NCBI GenBank assembly: GCA_041650835.1 | Contig: JBAZKL010000002.1 | Span: 338,472 to 402,471, forward strand | Direction of reading: 5' to 3' | Length of the DNA: 64,000 nt | Origin: Candidatus Omnitrophota bacterium | Lineage (GTDB): Bacteria; Omnitrophota; Gorgyraeia; Gygaellales; Profunditerraquicolaceae | In this document: one piece after another, positions 47,234 through 57,220 of the stretch | Layout: the number at the start of each line of letters is the position of its first letter | How positions within the stretch are numbered: the stretch's first letter is position 1 | The notes under the pieces: model-generated | Database searches by the model: none | Told to the model about the DNA's origin: nothing | Seen by the model: the letters and a program-made list of their open reading frames with translations, nothing else | Translations under genes and position numbers: made by a program

Positions 47234-47548
47234 ATGAAACAGACGTTTAATCCAAAAGCGCGCTGGGACAGAAATGTCCCGCGGCAAGAAAACAACCCGG
47301 AAGAAGACAACGGATCACTCGATGAAAAGATTGACGTTCTTGCCTGGTTTAAGAGCGGGAAGATCTTCCCGCGGCTCTTCACCTGGAAGCAGAAAAAGTA
47401 TAAGATCAAGAACATTTCCTATACCTGGCAGGAGCGCCGCGGCCAGGAACTCATCACTTACTTTTCGGTCAATACAGGAATAGACCTTTACCAGATATCA
47501 TTTACTAACACAAGTTTCAGCTGGCAACTTAACAAAATAATCGAATAA
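47234..47548 (+). CDS. hypothetical small protein between lexA and dinB (possibly a YolD-like Pol-Y accessory protein)
   Basis: 104-aa ORF co-directional with and 10 nt upstream of dinB; no motif recognised; positional analogy only. Confidence 0.35.
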   Translation: MKQTFNPKARWDRNVPRQENNPEEDNGSLDEKIDVLAWFKSGKIFPRLFTWKQKKYKIKNISYTWQERRGQELITYFSVNTGIDLYQISFTNTSFSWQLNKIIE

Positions 47549-47557
47549 CTTCTTCCC

Positions 47558-48706
47558 ATGATACTCCATATCGACATGGACGCGTTTTTCGCCTCCATAG
47601 AACAAGCAATCAATCCCCGGCTTAAAGGCAAGCCATTAATTGTCGGCTCAAGAAACAATAAAATGCACACCGTTGTCTGCGCCGCAAGCTATGAAGCCAA
47701 AGCATATGGCATCAGCTCCGGTATGGCTTCAAAAGACGCGTATCAATTATGCCCGAACCTGGAATTTGTCCCCGCGGAGCAAAGCAAATATATCTGGACC
47801 TCAGAACAGATCCTTGAACTCATCAAAGCTTACGGCTTTGAGGTATCCTACGCATCGATTGATGAATTCCGCGTGGATATAGAAAAAGAACCCCGGCCGC
47901 TTATTCTAGCCCAAGGCATGCAAAAACAAATAGAAGACAGGTTCCATATTACCGCATCTATCGGTATAGCCAAAAATTGCATCTTAGCCAAATTAGCCTC
48001 AAAACTTAAGAAACCAAACGGCATAACCATACTGAGCGATGCAAACCTGATACCGGTCCTCACTCAAACCCCGGTACAGCGGCTATGCGGTATCGGCAAG
48101 AAATCACAGGTATTCTTTAATAGTTTAGGCATTCAAACCTGCCTTGACCTATACGAAAAAACACCCGATTTTCTGCAACGCTTTTCAGGAAGAAACGGGC
48201 TTAATCTCTATGCCGCATTACACGCGAATGAACATTTCAGCCAGGAAAGCAAAGATGAAACACCGCAATCAATAGGCCATTCATACACCTTACCAAGAGC
48301 GTCAAAAACCCCCCGGTTTATACGCTCCTGGCTGCGCCTTTTATCTGAAATGGTAGCAGAAAGATTACGGCAAAACAACCTCATAAGCCAAACCACACAT
48401 CTATGGCTCAATGGTCCGGAAATCGGCAATTTAACTGCGCAAAAGACCTTCGAACAAGCGAGTAATGATGGATATGAAATATACACCAGAGCCCTGAAAA
48501 TAATGGTCAAAATTGCCCCAAAACCGGCCCTTGTACGGGCATTGGGGATAACCAGCAGCTCATTGCATGAACCGCATTACCCCCCTCTATTTACCGAACA
48601 AAAAAGAAGGGAGGCCTTAATACAAGCGATAGATAAGATAAACAACAAACTTGGCGAAGGCAGCATTATTCCGGCCATAATAACCCTCTCCCGAAAACTC
48701 GAATAA
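47558..48706 (+). CDS. dinB: DNA polymerase IV (Y-family)
   Basis: ILHIDMDAFFASIEQ N-terminus, SIDE acidic motif, little-finger region; 382 aa. Confidence 0.9.
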   Translation: MILHIDMDAFFASIEQAINPRLKGKPLIVGSRNNKMHTVVCAASYEAKAYGISSGMASKDAYQLCPNLEFVPAEQSKYIWTSEQILELIKAYGFEVSYASIDEFRVDIEKEPRPLILAQGMQKQIEDRFHITASIGIAKNCILAKLASKLKKPNGITILSDANLIPVLTQTPVQRLCGIGKKSQVFFNSLGIQTCLDLYEKTPDFLQRFSGRNGLNLYAALHANEHFSQESKDETPQSIGHSYTLPRASKTPRFIRSWLRLLSEMVAERLRQNNLISQTTHLWLNGPEIGNLTAQKTFEQASNDGYEIYTRALKIMVKIAPKPALVRALGITSSSLHEPHYPPLFTEQKRREALIQAIDKINNKLGEGSIIPAIITLSRKLE

Positions 48707-49026
48707 CAACCAGAGTGAAACACAGTAATAGAGCATACTGCATAATTCTCCTATCAATGTCAATCATAAACAAACCATATAAATCCAAGTAAACAGAAGT
48801 AAGTCCGACACGGCTTATCCACAAGGAAATAACAATCACCACAACCTATTATTCAACAACATGTTGAGCACTATTCAGCTAAATGCACAAGTTAACATAA
48901 GATATATTATAGGAAGTTGAGATTAGAGGCAAATTAGGAGATAAACGATTGTATATAATCAATCCTGAGTTAACTTACGGCTTCTTTTGGGCTGGACTTT
49001 TAGACTATTATCTATATTTGCGGGAT

Positions 49027-49332
49027 TTATATTACGTTACGCTTGCGCTCAAGCGCTTTCTCAATATTAATTCTTTTGCCGGTCACCAGCATATCCGCCA
49101 AGGTCTTTCTGGCTTTTCTTAAGATCCGGCTTAGTGTTTGTTGGGATATTTGCATTGATCCCGCGGCCGCTTTTTGGCCTAATCCTTCAAAATCAACCAG
49201 CCGCACAGCCTCAAATTCATCAAGCTGTAAACACGCCTCATCAGGCCGGCCAGGACGCCCGCGCGGGCTGAAATGATCGACTTTAGGGGCATTCTTAACT
49301 AAACGCTTCTTTTTAGGCCTGCCGCGGATCAT
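49027..49332 (-). CDS. DUF134/UPF0251-family predicted DNA-binding protein
   Basis: MIRGRPKKKR…FSPRGRPGRP…EFEAVRLVDFEGL…QQTLSRIL, a sigma-70 region-4-like HTH. Confidence 0.65.
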   Translation of the reverse strand: MIRGRPKKKRLVKNAPKVDHFSPRGRPGRPDEACLQLDEFEAVRLVDFEGLGQKAAAGSMQISQQTLSRILRKARKTLADMLVTGKRINIEKALERKRNVI

Positions 49333-49454
49333 AAAACAACACCTTAGAAATAGCTAATATTTTAATAAAAACAACTGACCCGGCTTGCTTAATATTCTCA
49401 GTCTTAACACCCGGGTTATAATGAGTAAGTACTCATTATGACTATAGGGTTAAA

Positions 49455-49620
49455 TTAAGACTTGTTGTCTCAGTAAAGTATAAAGATTAAAGACTAAATA
49501 ACAAAGGAAATTAAAAGGTTAAATAATAAATTTTAAAATTACCTGCCGGCAAGCAGGAACCTTTAATCTTTTAACTTTAATCTTCCTTTGTTATTTATCC
49601 TTTAGACTTTAGACTTAACT
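49455..49620. repeat. AT-rich palindromic intergenic repeat, copy 3
   Basis: See copy 2. Central hairpin cctgc-cggca-agcagg. Lies between the stop of the ligase gene and the start of the DUF134 gene. Confidence 0.5.
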
Positions 49621-52318
49621 TAATCAACCTCTGCCGCAAAGCCTCCGCGACAGCATCATAATCATCGCTTTTGAGCGCTCCCTGGCTTACTAATTCAGTA
49701 TAACTCAGCGGCTTTCCAATCGTAGCTCTTATCGCATGAAAACGGGGTATTTTTGTGTGCCGCGACCAGGCCTGGAATGTGCCTTCAATATAAACTGGTA
49801 CCAGAGGAATATTGAGCTCCTTAGCCAGGATCCCGATACCTTTTTTAAACTTGATCACCTCCCCTGCGGGATTGCGCTGCCCTTCAGGAAAGATACAAAC
49901 TATTTTCTTTTGAGCCAATAAATAAGAACAGATACGCATTGCCTCAACCATGTCCAGAGTGACATCGATCGGGATCAACCTGGCCATCTTAATTGAATCC
50001 CTGATAAAAGGCTGCAAAAAGATCCGCTTTAACCCTACAAAATATGTCTTAAGCAATATATGAAACGGCAATACCGCGGACATAACAAACCCATCCAAAT
50101 AACTGGAATGGTTCGCAAAGATTATATACGGCCCGCTTGCCGGCAGGTTCTTTTTGCCTTTAATGGATAAAAGGAACAATGCCCTCAAAACGCAGCGAAT
50201 TATGGTTATAACGAGTAAACCCGCGATCTTATCAATAAAATACGGCTTAAGCCTTACCATACTCAAAGTTTTAGGATGCGGCCGCTCAATCAGCATTTCC
50301 GACCATAACAATTCATCCCGATGAATATATTTTACATCTTGAGGGATAAAAGGCTCTAGTTTTAGCAATAGATCTCTAATAGTATGGGCAAAAAAGAATT
50401 CCGACTGTATGGACTCGGAAGCCTGAATATTCAAGAACCTGAAGAGTTCCAGAAGTAATTCGATCCTGCCTAAAGAATCAAGCCCCAGGTCCAACTCCAA
50501 ATGATCATCCAAATTGACCTTACGATTAAGCCGCTTTGATATCAACGCGAGTATTTTTCCGGAGATCTCCGAAGTAAAGGCGCCGGCGTCTTCACTGACG
50601 CCCCCCCTCTTCTCATTCTGAAAAACACTGCTTCCCTCTTGAACATACTTTGCCTCTATCTTATGGCGCATGATCTTGCCTAATGCGGTCCGCGGAAGCT
50701 TTTCTTTACTAATAATGAAGCCGGTAACACGCTTATAATTGCTTATTTGATGTGATAAATTATCCAATTCCCAGCGTATTTTCTCTTCAATATTGGCCAC
50801 TGCCCGGGAATTAAAATAATCCTCGTTAGGGACGATCACTGCCATAAGCTGCTTTGCCTCGCCGATAAAGCCCACCCGTGAAGCGACAAAAATACATATT
50901 TCTTTGATATAGGGGCTTAAAAGGTAGTGCCGTTCGATCTCTTCAGGGTTTATCTTCTTGCCGGAGCTTAAAACAATGATCTCATCTTTCCTGCCTTTGA
51001 TATAAAGATATCCGGATTTGTCAAAGTACCCCAGGTCTTCTGTCAGAAACCATCCATCTTTAAGCACCCGGGCGTTTTCCTGAGGCAACTGGTAATACCC
51101 CAACATCACATTCTCTCCCCGGATCGCGACTTTACCGATCCCCTGTTCATCCGGATCCAATATCTTTACCTGGACTCCGGGGATCGGTTTTCCAACAGTT
51201 CCGATCTTAGGCTTGAGCGGAGGATTGAACGTGACGACAGGAGACGTTTCGGTCAAGCCATAACCTTCCAAGATGGTGAATCCCCACTTAAAGAAATCGC
51301 GCATTATCGTTGTTTCGATCTTGGCACCCCCGGTAGTCATAAAACGCAATTTACTCCCAAAGACGGCATGCATTCTATGCAACAGGTATTTACTTAAATT
51401 CAACCCCGTTATTCTTCTCAGGGCCCACAATACCCAAATTAAAACCTGTATGCCTGAACGAAGCAGCACAGGGATCTTCTTAAACCTTTGCTTTATCGCT
51501 TTATGAAAGATCGAGAAAAATTGCGGCACCCCGACTAAAATACTCACCTTCGTCTGTACCATACAATCCAGTAAATCATCGGAATTCAAACTCGCCGGAT
51601 AACTGATCTGCGCGCCTAAAAGAAGCGGCACTAAACAAGTAACCATACATGAATAGGTATGATGAAGCGGCAGGAATGAGATCAAACAATCATTTTTGGT
51701 CACGAGCTTCAGTCTGCGGATCGAATCTATATTCGCTAAGAGATTAACCTGGGAAAGCATGACCGCCTTAGGCTGAGCCGTTGTCCCCGAAGTATAAAAC
51801 ATAGCCGCAACGGCTTCAAGAGGCCTAATGAGGGGTGCTTCCTGCAAACTTTTTGAGGCATGAGTAAGCTGTTCCTGAAAGGCGAGCGAATCAATAAGCA
51901 GTATTTCGACGCTTTTTAAGCCGTCCAGAAACGCGGTGTTTTGAGCGTAGGCCTTCTCCGCGCAAAGAATTATTTTTGACGAAGAATGTATTACTAACTG
52001 AGTAATATCAGGAGCCGGCAGGCGGACATCGATAGGCACGGCAACCGCGCCCGCGAATTGCACTGCCAGAAATGATACCGGCCATTCCACCTGGTTACCG
52101 ACAAGAATAGAGATCCTGTCGGATTTCGCTACCCCCCGCCGGACCAGTAAATTACCCATCGTGAGCGCTTTCTGATAGAGCTCAAGATAAGATATTTCAG
52201 AATATTCTTTATTATTTTTATGGAAAACGGCTGTTTTGGAAGGAGACGCTTTGGCTACTTGAGTGAATTCCTCGAATATACTGAGGCGATTTTGAGCCAT
52301 ATTTTTATATTGAAGCAA
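49595..52318 (-). CDS. tri-domain acyl-AMP ligase (AMP-binding) - acyl carrier (PP-binding) - PlsC-type acyltransferase
   Basis: AMP-binding motifs (FYTSGTTAQPKAV; YGLTETS; TEDLGYFD…GRKDEIIV). ACP-like LDDHLELDLGLDSLGRIELL (DSL). C-terminal FANHSSYLDGF (HX4D) and FPEG acyltransferase motifs. 907 aa. Confidence 0.8.
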   Translation of the reverse strand: MLQYKNMAQNRLSIFEEFTQVAKASPSKTAVFHKNNKEYSEISYLELYQKALTMGNLLVRRGVAKSDRISILVGNQVEWPVSFLAVQFAGAVAVPIDVRLPAPDITQLVIHSSSKIILCAEKAYAQNTAFLDGLKSVEILLIDSLAFQEQLTHASKSLQEAPLIRPLEAVAAMFYTSGTTAQPKAVMLSQVNLLANIDSIRRLKLVTKNDCLISFLPLHHTYSCMVTCLVPLLLGAQISYPASLNSDDLLDCMVQTKVSILVGVPQFFSIFHKAIKQRFKKIPVLLRSGIQVLIWVLWALRRITGLNLSKYLLHRMHAVFGSKLRFMTTGGAKIETTIMRDFFKWGFTILEGYGLTETSPVVTFNPPLKPKIGTVGKPIPGVQVKILDPDEQGIGKVAIRGENVMLGYYQLPQENARVLKDGWFLTEDLGYFDKSGYLYIKGRKDEIIVLSSGKKINPEEIERHYLLSPYIKEICIFVASRVGFIGEAKQLMAVIVPNEDYFNSRAVANIEEKIRWELDNLSHQISNYKRVTGFIISKEKLPRTALGKIMRHKIEAKYVQEGSSVFQNEKRGGVSEDAGAFTSEISGKILALISKRLNRKVNLDDHLELDLGLDSLGRIELLLELFRFLNIQASESIQSEFFFAHTIRDLLLKLEPFIPQDVKYIHRDELLWSEMLIERPHPKTLSMVRLKPYFIDKIAGLLVITIIRCVLRALFLLSIKGKKNLPASGPYIIFANHSSYLDGFVMSAVLPFHILLKTYFVGLKRIFLQPFIRDSIKMARLIPIDVTLDMVEAMRICSYLLAQKKIVCIFPEGQRNPAGEVIKFKKGIGILAKELNIPLVPVYIEGTFQAWSRHTKIPRFHAIRATIGKPLSYTELVSQGALKSDDYDAVAEALRQRLIKLSLKSKG

Positions 52319-53039
52319 GAAATTTTGGATAAAAACCGGTTTCTAACCCATCGAGAAAAAACTTAGTGAAGAATTGCGGATATTTCTTATAGAACTCATG
52401 CTCGATCTCTTCAATACAACCGACATACGGGGTCACCATGCCGTAATAATCAATTTCATGGCCGATAGGCTTAAAAACAAACCCATTCAAATCCAACAAC
52501 TTCCATAATGATTTCTCCATAAGCGCGTACCAATGGGTCAAGCCCCGGCGCTTACTCTCATGATATAGCTCTCGATACATGCCAAACGTCATGGTCCTGA
52601 TCCGGCGAAAAGGGTTATTAGAATTCCCCAAGAGGGCTTTTTCATCAAATTCAGGAGTATAATACAAACCGTCATCCTTGCGGCGCCGGTAATCTTTACT
52701 GATAACAAGACGCGAGATCTCAGCGATCTTATTACGGGGCACGCTTGTTTTATCAAATTGCAACCCGCTGCCGCAGCGCTCTTCGATCGGAAAACCTTCA
52801 GAAGAATCAAGGATAAGCCGCATAGTCCCGATCACTTCAAAATTATCCTCCACGACAAAATGAAGCGCGTACTGGTCATATTTGTCCTGTTCACGGTCAT
52901 CAGGGTATTCTTCTTCTTTAATAAAATGGCACTCTTCACAATACACCTGAAAACGCAAACGGTAAACCTGGTCCATTAAAACCGGTTCTTCAACGAACTT
53001 AAAGGTAAATGAGCTATGGCCTATAATTTCTTTATGCAC
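52305..53039 (-). CDS. FeeM-like N-acyl amino acid synthase (GNAT-related, PEP-CTERM/exosortase-associated type)
   Basis: …YRLRFQVYCEECHFI…GTMRLIL… pattern of the N-acyl amino acid synthase family; overlaps the ligase gene by 14 nt. Confidence 0.65.
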   Translation of the reverse strand: MHKEIIGHSSFTFKFVEEPVLMDQVYRLRFQVYCEECHFIKEEEYPDDREQDKYDQYALHFVVEDNFEVIGTMRLILDSSEGFPIEERCGSGLQFDKTSVPRNKIAEISRLVISKDYRRRKDDGLYYTPEFDEKALLGNSNNPFRRIRTMTFGMYRELYHESKRRGLTHWYALMEKSLWKLLDLNGFVFKPIGHEIDYYGMVTPYVGCIEEIEHEFYKKYPQFFTKFFLDGLETGFYPKFLASI

Positions 53040-53089
53040 AATTTCTCCTCGTTAGAAATTCATATTAACATGGATTACTATGCGTGTCA

Positions 53090-53340
53090 ATAAGGCCTAA
53101 GCACGCCGAACGTGTCATCCCCGCATCTCCCTATCTGTCATCCCCGCATGCTTTAAGCGGGGATCCGCCGCAGCAGGCGGCGCACCCCGCGCAACTTCCT
53201 ATTAGCGCGGGGTGTATGCTCCCCGTCTCACTGTGTAGAATCTTTTAGATGCCCGCTTAGAGCCAAGTAAGCGACCGGGCATGACAATCTGAGCGTCATT
53301 GCGGCCTTGTTTACTTACTGTTTATGCGGGAATCAAAAAT
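53090..53340. repeat. array of GC-rich hairpins (REP-like) in the divergent intergenic region
   Basis: tgtcatccccgcat x2; hairpins atccccgcatgc…gcggggat, cgccgc-agcag-gcggcg, caccccgcgc…gcgcggggtg, atgcccg…cgggcat. Similar caccccgcgc hairpins occur at ~40380-40420, 5640-5780 and 17490-17530. Confidence 0.45.
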
Positions 53341-53388
53341 ACTCCCCCAAAAGCGGCAATTTGGCATATTTTATGCTATACTTATTAA

Positions 53389-54732
53389 ATGGAATTAAGA
53401 CAGAAATTTGAATTTAGGCGGGTTTTAGCCCCTGAAATGCGGCAATCGTTAAATATTTTAACGCTGCATTTACTTGACTTAAACCAAGTCGTAGAAGAAG
53501 AACTTCTTACAAACCCTGTTTTAGAGGAATTCTCGCCAAAAGAGGAGCTTCCCTCCCCCTTTTCCGCGGAAGATCTCGCGAAATTAAACTCTCATTCTAC
53601 TTTACCCGGTAATAACAGTCAGGCTCAAGATAATGAGCCCCACACCTCCCTCCTGATCAATAAAGTATCGCTGCAGGATATTTTATTGCGGCAGCTGGGC
53701 ATGTTTACCGATTCAGACGAAGATCTAAAGATTGGACAAGAAATTATCGGCAATATAGACGAAAACGGCTATTTACAAGCCTCACTTGAACAAATGGCTG
53801 TTCAATTGCAAGTTTCAGAGGCGGACCTCGACAAAGTGCTTTCGTTAATACATCAATTTGAGCCGGCCGGAGTAGGAGCTCGAAACATTTCTGAATGCCT
53901 GCTCATACAATTAAAATTAGCCAATGAGCTGGACCCGCTCACTAAATCAATATGCCTGCAGCATCTTGACGATGTCGCCAAGAAGAATTTTAACCATATC
54001 TCAAAGAAATTAAAGGAACCCCAGGAAAAAATAGAGCTATCAATTAAAAAGATCTTAAAATTAAACCCGAAACCCGGCCGGAATTATTCCCTGGATGAGG
54101 CCCACAGGATCGTGCCCGATATCATTATCGAAGAAAAAGGCGATGGATTCGGAATAATTATCAATCATGAATATGTCCCGCGGCTTACCGTCAGTAAACT
54201 ATACAAAGACCTGCTTAAAAAAGAAAATCTCGACCTTAAAACAAAGGAATTTATCACCAACAAACTAAGGAAAGCCCTTGAATTGATCAAAGCTATTGAA
54301 AAAAGGCAAAGCACATTACGCAGGGTAGTTACTACTATAACCGAGATCCAAGGTGAAGCGATACGGGAAGACCTCTCTCAGATCAAACCGCTAACCTTTA
54401 AGGAAATTGCGGAAAAGCTTGAATTGCATGAATCAACCGTTTGCCGGGTAGTAATGAATAAATACGCGAAAACTCCCTGCGGGGTTATCGCGCTCAAGAA
54501 TTTCTTTTCAAGCCACATCCATCATAAAAACGGCGAATCTATCTCTTCAACCGTAGTTAAAAGCCGCATTAAAGAATTAATCGACAAAGAAAACAAAAAA
54601 CAACCGTTAAGCGACCAAGATATAGTAAAGATCCTCTCTAGTGAAGATAACTTAAACCTCGCCAGGCGTACCGTGGCAAAATACCGCGAAGAGCTGAAGA
54701 TCCTTTCCTCTCCATTCAGAAAAGAACGCTAA
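53389..54732 (+). CDS. rpoN: RNA polymerase sigma-54 factor
   Basis: Region I (LAPEMRQSLNILTL), core-binding region, C-terminal RpoN box (ARRTVAKYRE) and HTH. Confidence 0.9.
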   Translation: MELRQKFEFRRVLAPEMRQSLNILTLHLLDLNQVVEEELLTNPVLEEFSPKEELPSPFSAEDLAKLNSHSTLPGNNSQAQDNEPHTSLLINKVSLQDILLRQLGMFTDSDEDLKIGQEIIGNIDENGYLQASLEQMAVQLQVSEADLDKVLSLIHQFEPAGVGARNISECLLIQLKLANELDPLTKSICLQHLDDVAKKNFNHISKKLKEPQEKIELSIKKILKLNPKPGRNYSLDEAHRIVPDIIIEEKGDGFGIIINHEYVPRLTVSKLYKDLLKKENLDLKTKEFITNKLRKALELIKAIEKRQSTLRRVVTTITEIQGEAIREDLSQIKPLTFKEIAEKLELHESTVCRVVMNKYAKTPCGVIALKNFFSSHIHHKNGESISSTVVKSRIKELIDKENKKQPLSDQDIVKILSSEDNLNLARRTVAKYREELKILSSPFRKER

Positions 54733-54826
54733 ATAAAGATGCCCGCTTTCGCGGGCATCTAAAACACAAAAACCAACATCGGAATTTCTTCCAACGTTGG
54801 TTTTAAATATTATTTACCCGATAAAT

Positions 54827-55813
54827 CTACGAATGCAACGCCACGCTTGCCAGATCAACGATCCTATTGATCAAATTCATGCTGTTGAGATTGAATTTGA
54901 CCGATGAACTCGCCAAAGTCCCCAGGTTAATAACTCCCTGCATCTCACTTTTGATCTTGATCGGAATGATCATCGATGAACTGATATAGGGACGGTGGAG
55001 GTAGCGCTTTACTCTATTATCTTTCAGATTATCATCGATCAAAAGAGAGGCTTTCTCTTTTAACGCGATGCCGGAAACCCCCTCTTCTAACCCGATATTA
55101 GTAGTTCTCACAACCTCATCAGAAAGCCCTTTTGAAGCGCGGATAGTAAGTTTATTCTTACCTTCATCGAGAAACATTACCGACCCGATATCCGCGCCGC
55201 TGATCTGAAAGGCGGCATCAAGTAAAACCTCTAATATCCGGTTAAGCTTCAATACATCGACTGAAATCGCTTCTTTAGTCTTAAACGTCGACTGATACGC
55301 CAGTTTAAGGATATATTCATAAATATCCCTGATGAATTCTATCAAGGACTGCGCCCAATTAAAAGAAACAACCTTTATTTCCAATAAAGCATTCCATAAA
55401 TCATCCAGGTCTAAACCGAGATCGTCAGCGGCAGAGGCGTATTGCTCTTTTGTTTTACGCCTTACTAAAATAACCGGCCCCATGACCAAATACGCGAACA
55501 CCTTATTATCCACCTTAAGCGGTGCAATGCAATTATGCATGCCAGCGCAGGTGACAAAATTAAGATTTCTGTCCACAACGCCTTTGCCTCCGAGAAATGT
55601 CGGTAAGCACCTGCCGCAAACCCGGTTTTTCATAGACTGGTCATTCAAGAGCTCCCTGCAGAGACGGGGTTCGCCGCTGGGAGCGGTCAGTGAGCTTCCT
55701 TTGGGATCGACAATACGCAGCCCCAACTCAGTAATTGCGGAAAAACTATCCTGGATATTCTGCCATTTCTTAAGGTCGATGATATTTCTTATCTCTAATT
55801 CATTCGTATTCAT
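54827..55813 (-). CDS. PocR-like sensory domain + GAF domain protein (no output domain)
   Basis: N-terminal Cys-rich PocR-like region (…CRELL…CGRCL…CAGMHNCIAP), C-terminal GAF (…GSVMFLDEGKNKLTIRASKGL…EEGVSGIAL…). Confidence 0.5.
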   Translation of the reverse strand: MNTNELEIRNIIDLKKWQNIQDSFSAITELGLRIVDPKGSSLTAPSGEPRLCRELLNDQSMKNRVCGRCLPTFLGGKGVVDRNLNFVTCAGMHNCIAPLKVDNKVFAYLVMGPVILVRRKTKEQYASAADDLGLDLDDLWNALLEIKVVSFNWAQSLIEFIRDIYEYILKLAYQSTFKTKEAISVDVLKLNRILEVLLDAAFQISGADIGSVMFLDEGKNKLTIRASKGLSDEVVRTTNIGLEEGVSGIALKEKASLLIDDNLKDNRVKRYLHRPYISSSMIIPIKIKSEMQGVINLGTLASSSVKFNLNSMNLINRIVDLASVALHS

Positions 55814-55819
55814 ATGCAG

Positions 55820-57220
55820 TTATTTCTTTAAGAGGCCGTATTTACGCATCTTTTTATATAAAGTCGTCCTATTGATCCCGAGCGCCGAAGCCGCATCATT
55901 ACGGCTCCAATTCACCGTTTCAAGGGCTTTTAATATTAAGTCCTTTTCAGGTGATTTCAAAGCTTCCCTTAATTTTAAATAGTTTTCTTCAGAAGTCAAC
56001 TGATTTGTATTCCCGAGCTTATGCAAATATTCAGGTAAATCCACAGGCGTGATCACCGGCCCCTGGGATAAAATGATCGCCCGCTCTATGACATTTTCTA
56101 ACTCCCTGACATTCCCGGGCCATTGATAACTTTTCAATATTGCCAACGCCTCATCAGATAATCCCTCGATCTTTTTATTGATATGTTCAGAATGTTTCTC
56201 GATAAAGTCTTCAGCCAAAAGCGGAATATCATTTTTGCGCTCCCGCAAAGGAGGAAGGTCAATTGCAATAATATTTAAACGATAATAGAGGTCCATGCGA
56301 AACGTACCTTTAGCGATCAAATCCTGGAGGTTCTGATTTGTCGCGGCAATAACGCGGACATCGACCTTGAGGGTCTTAGTATCGCCGACACGCTCAAACT
56401 CACCCTCTTGCAGGACGCGTAATAGTTTTACCTGTAACGCCGGTGAAAAAGCGTCAATTTCGTCTAAGAATATCGTCCCTCCATCGGCTAATTCAAAACG
56501 GCCGACCCTGTCCCGGATAGCCCCGGTAAACGCTCCTTTGACATGGCCGAAAAGCTCGCCTTCCAGCAACGTTTCGGTTAAAGCCCCGCAGCTTACTTCA
56601 ACGAATGGCTTCTCCCTCTCCACCGCGTTGTATTTATGTATCGCGTGCGCGATTATACGCTTTCCGGTCCCGCTTTCACCCTGTAGCAAGACAGTCGCCC
56701 TGGTCTTGGCAATAGCTTCGACCAACGAGTAAATTTTCTGCATTTTCTCGTCTTTACCGACCACATTATGAAAACGGCTCCTTTGAGTAGCGGATAATTG
56801 CTCCTTGAGTTTGATGTTTTCTTCCTCAAGCTGGCGCTCTTTCAACAGCCGCTCGATAACAAGCTTAATTTCGCTGTCGACGATAGGTTTCGTAATATAA
56901 TCATACGCCCCTTCTTTTACCGCTTCGACCGCGTTTTCAATGCTTCCATAACCGGTGATCATAATGACAGGCGTATCCTGATGGTCTTTCTTTATCTGTT
57001 TTAATAACTGAGTCCCGTCCATCTCGGGCATTTTAATATCGCTTATCACAAGATCAACCGTATAACTCTTGAGGAAATCGATGGCTTCTTTGCCGTTATT
57101 CGCGGAACTAACGGTATAGCCCGAAAGCGTCAAAAGCTCAGTAAGAGACCCCCGAACTAAAGGCTCATCGTCAACAACAAGGATATGCCCGTTTTTATTG
57201 GAATCTGTATTATGAAGCAT
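55820..57220 (-). CDS. sigma-54-dependent response regulator (NtrC family: REC + AAA+ + Fis-HTH)
   Basis: REC (ILVVDDE…DIKMP), sigma-54 activator (GESGTGK…GAFTGA…ESELFGH-type GAFTG motif), C-terminal HTH (AASALGINRTTLYKKM). Confidence 0.9.
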   Translation of the reverse strand: MLHNTDSNKNGHILVVDDEPLVRGSLTELLTLSGYTVSSANNGKEAIDFLKSYTVDLVISDIKMPEMDGTQLLKQIKKDHQDTPVIMITGYGSIENAVEAVKEGAYDYITKPIVDSEIKLVIERLLKERQLEEENIKLKEQLSATQRSRFHNVVGKDEKMQKIYSLVEAIAKTRATVLLQGESGTGKRIIAHAIHKYNAVEREKPFVEVSCGALTETLLEGELFGHVKGAFTGAIRDRVGRFELADGGTIFLDEIDAFSPALQVKLLRVLQEGEFERVGDTKTLKVDVRVIAATNQNLQDLIAKGTFRMDLYYRLNIIAIDLPPLRERKNDIPLLAEDFIEKHSEHINKKIEGLSDEALAILKSYQWPGNVRELENVIERAIILSQGPVITPVDLPEYLHKLGNTNQLTSEENYLKLREALKSPEKDLILKALETVNWSRNDAASALGINRTTLYKKMRKYGLLKK

